A DNA stretch of 64,000 nt, from assembly GCA_944391735.1 (NCBI GenBank), contig CALXUR010000001.1, positions 14,924 through 78,923 of the forward strand, in the 5' to 3' direction. The notes beneath the pieces are model-generated. The model was not told where the DNA came from and ran no database searches. It worked only from the letters and a program-made list of their open reading frames with translations. This DNA comes from an uncultured Alphaproteobacteria bacterium. GTDB lineage: Bacteria > Pseudomonadota > Alphaproteobacteria > CAAHEQ01 > UBA3637. A program made the position numbers and the translations under genes. This document shows positions 57,157 through 64,000 of this stretch, piece after piece (the stretch's first letter is position 1; every line of letters starts with the position of its first letter).

Positions 57157-58431
57157 CTATTTATGGCAATAGAACATATGGTTAGAGGATAAGTCGGAAA
57201 GACCAACTTGTCCATAAATACTGCTCACCCAGAACCCTGAACAATTATCCGCTTTTTTATCTAACCAATGAGCTGCATCTCCGAAATGTCCCCACATCAT
57301 ATGCGCACACACACGCTGTCCAAGTGTTCCATCCCAATCTGGACACGCCTCGTTCATAGAGGCTAAATGGGCACCAATCGCCTGACACCAATTTTTAGCC
57401 GCCCAGTAAGATAAGCGCATCCCCTCGGTATAATAAAAGGAATCTTGATTATCTGTTGTCTGCCATTCTATAATCTCTCCGATTTTTTGACAACTCCCTC
57501 GAAAATTAGTATATGAGCATGAAGTCCCTCCTGTTTTGGTTGCAAGAATTTGACAGAACTCATCTTCCTGACAATCCCGATTTGTTGTGCAGTTACCGGA
57601 AACATCAATACATGCCCCATTCTCACATCGTTGATACTCACCACAACAAATCGTTCCGCATTGATATTCGGATAAACACCGACAGACACCGTTTTGACAA
57701 CTTTGATTCCTCGGACATTCATAGTCGCCGGCACATGCGGTGGCCCCCTCCTCCAAACAATCCGCACAAGGCCTCAATTCTTTTGTAAAAACAAACCCCA
57801 TGGTCGTTTCCAATTCACCACAAGCCTCCGGATTGTCTTTCGTCACAACAACATCATCAGCCGTTATTTGAATGGGACGATCATAGCCGCTGTTGATAAT
57901 GTGACGACAGCTGGCCGACGAAACTTCCGTTACTTTGACTCGAAACAGCTGTGATCCCAATTTTTCTCCCGTTACGACAGAACTGCCCAGATTCTTTTCA
58001 TTTTCAAATTCGGTAGAAGACAGATCCCCGTTTGCAATCATCTGTTGAGAGTAAACGACAGAGCGTCGATTGACTTCGTTAATGATATTATTCGCCATCG
58101 CGCGTTCCATCGCCATATTATATCCTTTAGCCCCCAGAATGGCTAATAATCCCATCAAAGCCAAGACACCTAACATCTCCACCATTGATTTACCCGATTC
58201 GGAATCGTTTTTGGGACTTCCCTTTTTATGGATTCCCGTGCGCTCCTCTTCTTTCGTCATTCCCGTGCGCTCCTCTTCTTTCGTCATTCCCGTGCTCTGA
58301 CACGGGAATCCAGTAATACGTATATCCATTTTTATGGATTCCGGCTCGGAGGCCGGAATGACGGGGCGTGTATTTTCCGATTCGTTTTTAGCCGCTTTCG
58401 TATTGAGGGTAACCTTTTGTTTTTCCGTCAT
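57157..58431 (-). CDS. Type IV pilin-like protein with Cys-rich modules and a C-type-lectin-like C-terminal domain (start uncertain: 58431, 58287 or 58260)
   Basis: Prepilin-type motif 'G|KSMVEMLGVLALMGLLAILG' with Glu at +5. A Cys-rich stretch follows ('CADCLEEGATACAGDYECPRNQSCQNGVCRC...CENGACID..NCTTNRDCQEDEFC'). The C-terminus reads 'LSYWAAKNWCQAIGAHLASMNEAC...FYCHK'. Confidence 0.6.
   Translation of the reverse strand: MTEKQKVTLNTKAAKNESENTRPVIPASEPESIKMDIRITGFPCQSTGMTKEEERTGMTKEEERTGIHKKGSPKNDSESGKSMVEMLGVLALMGLLAILGAKGYNMAMERAMANNIINEVNRRSVVYSQQMIANGDLSSTEFENEKNLGSSVVTGEKLGSQLFRVKVTEVSSASCRHIINSGYDRPIQITADDVVVTKDNPEACGELETTMGFVFTKELRPCADCLEEGATACAGDYECPRNQSCQNGVCRCLSEYQCGTICCGEYQRCENGACIDVSGNCTTNRDCQEDEFCQILATKTGGTSCSYTNFRGSCQKIGEIIEWQTTDNQDSFYYTEGMRLSYWAAKNWCQAIGAHLASMNEACPDWDGTLGQRVCAHMMWGHFGDAAHWLDKKADNCSGFWVSSIYGQVGLSDLSSNHMFYCHK
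58223..58362. repeat. Cluster of short palindromic (REP/RPE-like) elements plus a 27-bp tandem duplication
   Basis: The unit cgctcctcttctttcgtcattcccgtg occurs at 58241-58267 and again at 58268-58294. Palindromes are attcccgtg/cacgggaat (58286-58309) and attccggc/gccggaat (58338-58359). The direct repeat tttttatggattcc occurs at 58223 and 58329. Confidence 0.85.
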
Positions 58432-58684
58432 AAAATCCTTCCTTTCAATGTTAAAAAATAACGGTCATTATTTTTTTACATTTTCGGAAAGATGCCCAAA
58501 ATACGCTCCTTTCTTGGAAATTCAATGAAAAAGTCCTTGCCAGACGATAGCCCTCTATGTTATAAAATCTATAACATTTTACTGACCCTTTTTTCGTTAT
58601 AATCCAGTACACCAAAAGCAAGAATATCCCTCTTAATGATAAACATGCTCTTTTAAAAGCTAAAAATTGTTATTTTAGGATAAA

Positions 58685-58880
58685 AAAAGAAAGGGGGAAG
58701 GAAGAAGCCCCCTTTCTCAAAACAGAAACACAGGAAGAAGTTTCTGTTTTACCGTCGGCATTTGAGTTTAAGGTCTATTAAAATTTCGCCGACGTTTTGT
58801 GATCTAACAGCTTATTCAGCCGCCGACCGCAAAAGTGTTCCATCAAAAATCAATCCCAAACTCATATCTCTCTCCTTAAC
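58685..58880 (-). ncRNA. Candidate small transcript: strong SD + 17-codon ORF, then three hairpins ending in an intrinsic terminator
   Basis: On the minus strand, AAGGAG (58877-58872) precedes an ATG at 58865, with the stop at 58812. Hairpins lie at 58753-58794, 58719-58750 (11 bp) and 58689-58716 (9 bp, GC-rich), the last followed by T7. Confidence 0.3.
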
Positions 58881-59226
58881 GTTATATAGGTAACAGGTTA
58901 TTTTTTTCAATTCTTTTTTGATAAAAAGCTTTGCTTTTTCGTCTATCCGTTCCCATATTAACTGTATAAAAAGTCGCCGTGATGAAGGGCGACTGGAAGT
59001 TGGAAACTACAAGAGAATATAGTGTTGTGTATTTGGGAAATTATCCCTTATTCCACGACCTTCCAGACGCATTTGCGGTTAAAAGGTCAGAGACCTTTTT
59101 CTCTTCAGTTTTCCAAAACCCGAATCAGGAACCACCCAACTCAGGTTCCTAAAATAGCATGATTTTTTTGAAGCGTCAAGTTTATTTTTATCAAAAAACA
59201 GATTTTTTTAATTTTTGAGATTTTCC

Positions 59227-59351
59227 GTTATGGTGGTGGCCGGACAAAGAAGCAGGGTAACAACAAAAGTAACATGCCACAGGAAGAAACAGCATTTTGA
59301 TTCACTTTTGTAATAGCCCCTCGCCATTCCGCGTCCGGCCGCCACCATAAC
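59227..59351. repeat. 19-bp imperfect inverted repeat enclosing 87 nt (structured RNA or MITE-like element)
   Basis: gttatggtggtggccggac (59227-59245) pairs with gtccggccgccaccataac (59333-59351), 18/19 complementary. The interior hairpin atgc/gcat carries the same cacaggaagaa motif as 58730-58739. Confidence 0.6.
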
Positions 59352-59386
59352 AAAAAAAAACGCCCCGTCCACAACACCGGCGTTTC
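59352..59386 (-). terminator. Minus-strand intrinsic terminator about 190 nt downstream of tolA
   Basis: The minus strand reads aacgccgg...cggggcgtt followed by T9. Confidence 0.55.
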
Positions 59387-59573
59387 AACACATTTTAATC
59401 ACTACTTTACGGGTATATAAATACCCAACACTTTTTCTTGTGATAATGAGGTTTCGACGCCCCGAAGCAGAGTTTTCTGTTCCTATTTTAGGATAACAGC
59501 AAAACAACCAAAAGTAAAGAGGATATTTAAAAATACTGTCAATTAATTTTTATTTCACACATTGAACGGTCAA

Positions 59574-60467
59574 TTAAAACACACCGCCGTCCATCGGATT
59601 AAAACGCAGATACAACTCTTTCCATGTGCCGTAATGCTCGGCGTATTTATCCGCCAATATCTTAAACGGAGATTCATCCTCTTTGGCATTACAAATCCAA
59701 ACAGCCCGCCGCGCACTTTCGGCAATGGCCCGAAAAGCAGAATCCGATTTCATATTTAAAATTCGAACATCACGAACCGTTCCGTCTTTATTGAGAGACG
59801 CCTGAATTTCAATAATCATATTGTCAACCCCTTCGGCACCGGCATCCACGTTCCACCACTTTTTCAGTTGATTCGCAATCAAATCCCGCTCCGAAATTGT
59901 CAAGACTTGGGAAAAACTACCTTCCGTTCCCCCTTCTATACCATCGTTTTGCCGTGGCAAATCATCCGGCTCCTCCGGAACAGGCGAAACCGGTGCTTGC
60001 CTCCGAACTTTTTCAACCGAGGCCAAAAGACTCTTCATATCATACGTCGGTTTAGCCGATTGTTTATTTTTTGATTTTGATACAGAGGACGGCTTATCCG
60101 ATTTTGGTTTTGATGTTTTTGGGGCTTGCGTTTTTTTCTTGGGTTCCACAACGGGAACAGCGTCCTTAACAGGAGGTTGCGGCAAAGGCTTGGGTGCTTC
60201 CGGTTTTGCCGCGCGCACCTGTGTCGGACGACTCTTTTCAACTTGAGGCGGTTTCGGCGGCTGAGGTTTCGGGGATTTTTTTAGTTTTGCCTGGGCTTTG
60301 GGCGGTAAGTTCGTTTTATCGGAAACTTGAACTTTTGTCAAATCAACCATTAACAAGGCCGGCGGCGCTTTATGTTCTTCCCAACGGGCAAGGGAAAAAT
60401 CCATAACCATTAAGGCCAAAACCACACCATGCAAAACAGCCGATGAAACAAATGATTTGGATGACAC
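59574..60467 (-). CDS. tolA: TolA-like protein
   Basis: An N-terminal TM helix, a long Lys/Pro-rich linker and a TonB/TolA-type C-terminal domain, downstream of tolQ-tolR. Confidence 0.75.
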   Translation of the reverse strand: MSSKSFVSSAVLHGVVLALMVMDFSLARWEEHKAPPALLMVDLTKVQVSDKTNLPPKAQAKLKKSPKPQPPKPPQVEKSRPTQVRAAKPEAPKPLPQPPVKDAVPVVEPKKKTQAPKTSKPKSDKPSSVSKSKNKQSAKPTYDMKSLLASVEKVRRQAPVSPVPEEPDDLPRQNDGIEGGTEGSFSQVLTISERDLIANQLKKWWNVDAGAEGVDNMIIEIQASLNKDGTVRDVRILNMKSDSAFRAIAESARRAVWICNAKEDESPFKILADKYAEHYGTWKELYLRFNPMDGGVF

Positions 60468-60895
60468 TATTTCCTCTTATTTTCAAAACTCATGATTTTC
60501 GCATCCGTTTTTAAACCGACTTGTGTAAATCCGGCCGTCCTTAAAAGAGCCATCACTTCAATCACCTGTCCGTAAGACGAATCGCGATCACCGCTGATAA
60601 CCATTTGAATTTTAGGATTTTCAGAAACAATGGCTTTTACTTTCGGAACAATGTCTTTTAAGGCAACCCGTTGCGTTCCGATAAAAACATTCCCTTTCGG
60701 ATCAACCCCGATATCCAATGTTTTTTCTTGCCCTTCTATCTGTTTCCCATCCCCTTTCGGCAAATTCAGGGGAATACCGCTTGTCAACAGCGGGGCGGTA
60801 ATCATAAAAATAGCCAACAGTGACGTCATAACATCAATTAATGGCGTCAGATTCACCTCCGATTTAACAGTATTCCGACGTTTGACTCTGGCCAT
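60467..60895 (-). CDS. tolR: TolR (ExbD family)
   Basis: 'INLTPLIDVMTSLLAIFMITAP'. The stop overlaps the tolA start. Confidence 0.85.
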   Translation of the reverse strand: MARVKRRNTVKSEVNLTPLIDVMTSLLAIFMITAPLLTSGIPLNLPKGDGKQIEGQEKTLDIGVDPKGNVFIGTQRVALKDIVPKVKAIVSENPKIQMVISGDRDSSYGQVIEVMALLRTAGFTQVGLKTDAKIMSFENKRK

Positions 60896-61594
60896 TTAAT
60901 CCTCCGACTGCTCCATTTGACGCGACAAAATAGCCCCCAATTCATCAGAAAAAGTTTCCATACGTTGAGCCATACGTTCAATATCATTGGTCAATTTATT
61001 ATAGGCAATAACGGCAGGAATGGCGGCGATTAAGCCAACGGCCGTTGTAAACAAAGCCTCGGCCACACCGGGGGCGACGGCTGCTATATTCGTACTTTGA
61101 GTCGCTCCGATCGCATTAAAGCTATCCATAATTCCCCACACGGTCCCGAACAACCCCAGCAACGGCGCAACGGATCCGGTCGAAGCCAAAAAAGTCATCC
61201 GTGTTTCCATTTTATCCACCTGTTTATCAATGGCGATTTGCATCACTTTATCAATCCGTTCGGACACCTTGATAGCCGCATGCGCCTTACGACGTTCGGA
61301 CATAGAACGCCGCCATTCCTGAATCGCACTGACAAAGATAACAGACAACGGATCCTTGGGAGATTTGGCATAAGCCAGAAATAATTCCTCCAGCGAACCG
61401 CCGGACCAAAATTTTTCTTCAAAAGCTTTCATGGCCAGGCGAATTTTTTTAAAGGTGGCAACCTTATCAAAAATAATAGCCCAGCACCAAACGGATGTAA
61501 ACAGTAAGCCGAGGATCAGAACTTTCATAAACAGATCCGAATCCATAAACATGCCATACATAGACAGGGATGAGCGAACAGCTTCCGGTTGCAT
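60896..61594 (-). CDS. tolQ: TolQ (MotA/ExbB family)
   Basis: 'LASTGSVAPLLGLFGTVWGIMDSF' and 'VAPGVAEALFTTAVGLIAAIPAVIAYN'. Confidence 0.9.
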   Translation of the reverse strand: MQPEAVRSSLSMYGMFMDSDLFMKVLILGLLFTSVWCWAIIFDKVATFKKIRLAMKAFEEKFWSGGSLEELFLAYAKSPKDPLSVIFVSAIQEWRRSMSERRKAHAAIKVSERIDKVMQIAIDKQVDKMETRMTFLASTGSVAPLLGLFGTVWGIMDSFNAIGATQSTNIAAVAPGVAEALFTTAVGLIAAIPAVIAYNKLTNDIERMAQRMETFSDELGAILSRQMEQSED

Positions 61595-61595
61595 T

Positions 61596-62012
61596 TTAAT
61601 TTTCTCCTTGTGGTTTCATATATTTTTCAAACAATGTTTTGACATCAGCGGGCACACGTATCGGCCGCATTGAGTGCGGATCAACGAAAGCTAATTGAAG
61701 CCTCATTCGCACTAATTCCGTCTCACCGCGACAAACGACCTGTTCCATAACAACGCTGGCATTTTTGATATCGGCAATTTGTGTTTTAACAGTCAGCAAA
61801 TCATCCAATTTAGCCGAAGCCCGAAAATCCATTTCCAAACGCCGGACGACAAAAGCGACACCTTTTTCGATCAATGCCGTATTGGACAAGCCCAACGCAT
61901 ACAAAAACTCACTCCGGGCTCGTTCGGCATAATCCAGATAATTGGAATGATAGACAATCCCCCCGGCATCGGTATCCTGAAAATAAATTCTGATTGGTGT
62001 TTCGTGTTGCAT
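61596..62012 (-). CDS. ybgC: Tol-Pal-associated acyl-CoA thioesterase YbgC
   Basis: Hot-dog fold 'IYFQDTDAGGIVYHSNYLDYAERAR', in the position upstream of tolQ. Confidence 0.85.
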   Translation of the reverse strand: MQHETPIRIYFQDTDAGGIVYHSNYLDYAERARSEFLYALGLSNTALIEKGVAFVVRRLEMDFRASAKLDDLLTVKTQIADIKNASVVMEQVVCRGETELVRMRLQLAFVDPHSMRPIRVPADVKTLFEKYMKPQGEN

Positions 62013-62015
62013 TAT

Positions 62016-63044
62016 TTATAAATCCTCCAACAATGTCGGCTGTATGCTTGACACAGACGGCGCAACCATCCCCAAATGTTTAAAACCGGCGACAGACAAC
62101 ATCCGGCCGCGCGGTGTCCGCATAACCAAGCCCAACTGCATTAAATACGGTTCAATCACTTCCTCTATCGTATCACGTTCTTCGGACAAGGCCGCACTGA
62201 GCGTATCGGCACCAACAGGCCCCCCCGCATATTTTTCGGCAATACACCTTAAATACCGCCGATCCATCATATCCAAGCCGGCTTTATCCACATCCAACCG
62301 TGTTAATGCCCGATCGGCCAACGCCGCATCAACAGGATGACTTCCCGCAAAATCGCGAACGCGGCGCAATAACCGTCCCGCGACACGCGGCGTTCCCCGC
62401 GACCGTTTAGCGATTTCATGAGCGCCGTCATCCGTCATATCCAAATTAAGCAACCGCGCCCCCCGACACACAATTTTCATTAAATCATCGGTTGTGTAAA
62501 ATTCCAACCGCATCGGTATACCGAATCGATCCCGAAGCGGCGTAGACAACAATCCCGATCGGGTTGTCGCCCCCACAAGCGTAAACGGCGGCAAATCAAT
62601 TCGGACAGATCGGGCGGCCGGCCCCTCCCCGATGATAATATCCAATTGAAAATCCTCCATGGCGGAATATAATACTTCCTCAACCGTCGGATTTAAACGA
62701 TGAATTTCATCAATAAACAAAACATCCCGCGGTTCAAGGTTTGTCAAAATAGCCGCCAAATCCCCGGCTTTGGAAATCATCGGCCCGGCCGTCGGACGAA
62801 AACCGACGCCTAATTCTTTGGAAATAATCTGTGCCAACGTTGTCTTACCCAATCCCGGCGGTCCGAACAATAACGTGTGATCCAACGCGTCACCCCGCTT
62901 TTTAGCCGCCTCGATAAATACGCGCAGATTTTCACACAAGCCTTTCTGACCGACAAAATCATCCAGAAACTGCGGCCGCAAACCGGTATACAGCTCTTCA
63001 TCACCGGCTATTTTTTGAGGCGTGATAATCCGATTTTCAACCAT
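62016..63044 (-). CDS. ruvB: Holliday junction helicase RuvB
   Basis: '[15 protein letters not shown]', 'LFIDEIHRL' and '[15 protein letters not shown]'. Confidence 0.95.
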   Translation of the reverse strand: MVENRIITPQKIAGDEELYTGLRPQFLDDFVGQKGLCENLRVFIEAAKKRGDALDHTLLFGPPGLGKTTLAQIISKELGVGFRPTAGPMISKAGDLAAILTNLEPRDVLFIDEIHRLNPTVEEVLYSAMEDFQLDIIIGEGPAARSVRIDLPPFTLVGATTRSGLLSTPLRDRFGIPMRLEFYTTDDLMKIVCRGARLLNLDMTDDGAHEIAKRSRGTPRVAGRLLRRVRDFAGSHPVDAALADRALTRLDVDKAGLDMMDRRYLRCIAEKYAGGPVGADTLSAALSEERDTIEEVIEPYLMQLGLVMRTPRGRMLSVAGFKHLGMVAPSVSSIQPTLLEDL

Positions 63045-63659
63045 TTAGAGAGCCCCCTTTCCCAATTCTTTCAAGGAAAGGCGAATAATCTCCCCAAGCG
63101 AGGATTCCGGATATCGGCGTATCATATCCGCCGCAACCATACCCGCCTCCGTTCTTGAATACCCCAGGTTAACCAATGCAGAGATCGCTTCCGACATGAT
63201 ACGATTATCCACATGACCGGACGTTCCCGCGGGAGCCATTTCCGCATTACACCCAAGGCTGCCTAATTTGCCTTTTAATTCCGTTACAATCCGAACCCCC
63301 AGCTTCGGGCCGACACCGCTGGCTCGCGTAAAAGCTTTTGAATCGCCGGTCATAACGGCCATCTGAATTTCGGTCGGAGAAAGTGCGGATAAAATAGCCA
63401 ACGCCACACGGGATCCCACCCCTTGAACCGTGCTTAATAATCCGAAAGCCTGTTGCTCCGTCGCATCGGCAAACCCGATCAAATGGATATAATCTTCATG
63501 CACCAACGTTTCAATCAATAAACTGAGCGTTCCACCTTTAACCGGCAGTTTCCCGATTGTTTTCGCAGAACAAAAGACTCGATAACCGACACCATTCACA
63601 TCAAGGATTATATAACCTTCAAAAACAGAGTCCAATAAACCGGTTAATTTTGCAATCAT
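63045..63659 (-). CDS. ruvA: Holliday junction DNA-binding protein RuvA
   Basis: 'MIAKLTGLL......ILDVNGVGYRV' and the HhH motifs 'VQGVGSRVALAILS' and 'ASGVGPKLGVRIV'. Confidence 0.95.
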   Translation of the reverse strand: MIAKLTGLLDSVFEGYIILDVNGVGYRVFCSAKTIGKLPVKGGTLSLLIETLVHEDYIHLIGFADATEQQAFGLLSTVQGVGSRVALAILSALSPTEIQMAVMTGDSKAFTRASGVGPKLGVRIVTELKGKLGSLGCNAEMAPAGTSGHVDNRIMSEAISALVNLGYSRTEAGMVAADMIRRYPESSLGEIIRLSLKELGKGAL

Positions 63660-63891
63660 TTCATCAGTTCCTTATCATGAAAGCATTGTAACCGAAAGCT
63701 TTTTAAAAAGCAAATCTTTTTCACCAAAAACGGTCAAAAGAAAACAAGCCCGTAATTAAAGACATAATTTAAACTGATACAAATAACTCCACGACACAAC
63801 AAAAGATCGGGGCGTTAAAACTTTTCCCTCTTGTATTTTACCCCGAAATAGTGTAGACTTCGTTTCGATTATAAAACCCGAGGATGCATAG

Positions 63892-64000
63892 ATGGATATT
63901 GTGACAGAAACAAATCGGATTCCCCCCCAAAATATTGAGGCCGAACAGGCTTTGCTCGGGGCTATTTTATCCAACAACAGAGCTTTGGAAAAAGTATCCG
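63892..64000 (+). CDS. dnaB: Replicative DNA helicase DnaB (N-terminus only; runs off the window)
   Basis: Hand translation gives MDIVTETNRIPPQNIEAEQALLGAILSNNRALEKVS, the canonical DnaB N-terminal motif. Confidence 0.8.
   Translation, partial: MDIVTETNRIPPQNIEAEQALLGAILSNNRALEKVS

Noticed and set aside
58241-58294. A CRISPR-like array.
   Set aside because: There are only two directly abutting 27-bp units with no spacers, and they lie inside an ORF. This is a tandem duplication, not a CRISPR array.
59227-59351. An SRP (4.5S) RNA or an integron attC site.
   Set aside because: 'ccggacaaagaagcagg' only loosely recalls the SRP domain IV GGAA/AGCA motif, and the fold is not a single long helix. 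The arm ends do not fit the attC RYYYAAC / GTTRRRY core sites.
59440-59560. A tmRNA (ssrA) coding piece, suggested by 'ggtttcgacgcc', which resembles the conserved 5' GGxUUCGAC motif.
   Set aside because: There is no adjacent T-arm (GGTTCGAATCC-like) or acceptor stem. Candidate tag frames (for example AKQPKVKRIFKNTVN*) lack the hydrophobic Ala-rich C-terminus expected of proteolysis tags.
63756-63977. A 73-aa minus-strand ORF.
   Set aside because: It overlaps the clear DnaB N-terminus on the + strand (63892 onward) and has no recognisable features.

Overview
This 64-kb window looks like an alphaproteobacterial chromosome. That is inferred from gene order only: tig-clpP-clpX-lon-hupB-tRNA-Val, yajC-secD-secF, rpmI-rplT, ruvA-ruvB-ybgC-tolQ-tolR-tolA, and a Mic60-like gene next to a hemY-like gene.

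Positions 1-18.6 kb are a visibly AT-richer accessory island with three parts:
- A type I R-M operon (hsdS, hsdR, ygjP-like) with two unknown, translationally coupled genes wedged between hsdS and hsdR.
- A decayed phage or integrative-element remnant: an N-terminally truncated large serine recombinase, a frameshifted sigma factor, a phage replication-type protein and small coupled ORFs.
- A tightly packed + strand cluster of SAM and nucleotide enzymes: a MetK remnant, a SAM methyltransferase, a radical SAM enzyme with a twitch/SPASM-like tail, two P-loop kinases, three Nudix hydrolases, a GNAT fragment and DUF4186.

The rest is mostly core genes (clpB, leuS, prfC, zupT, msrAB, a CoA-disulfide-reductase-like gene, dgkA), interspersed with orphan genes. 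There is also a redox operon built around a DXS-like ThDP enzyme.

The most unusual loci are:
- 57157-58431: a type IV pilin-like protein carrying Cys-rich modules and a C-type-lectin-like C-terminus. Its leader-coding region contains in-frame palindromic repeats and a 27-bp tandem duplication.
- 58432-59573: an ORF-free 1.1 kb stretch that breaks tol-pal synteny. It holds three hairpins whose loops share one CU-rich motif, a 17-codon ORF with a strong SD, and a 19-bp inverted-repeat element.
- Four genes interrupted by what look like single-base deletions in homopolymer runs. This is either real decay or a systematic sequencing artefact.

No CRISPR array, rRNA gene or intact transposase was seen. 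All family assignments come from motif recognition by eye, not from searches.
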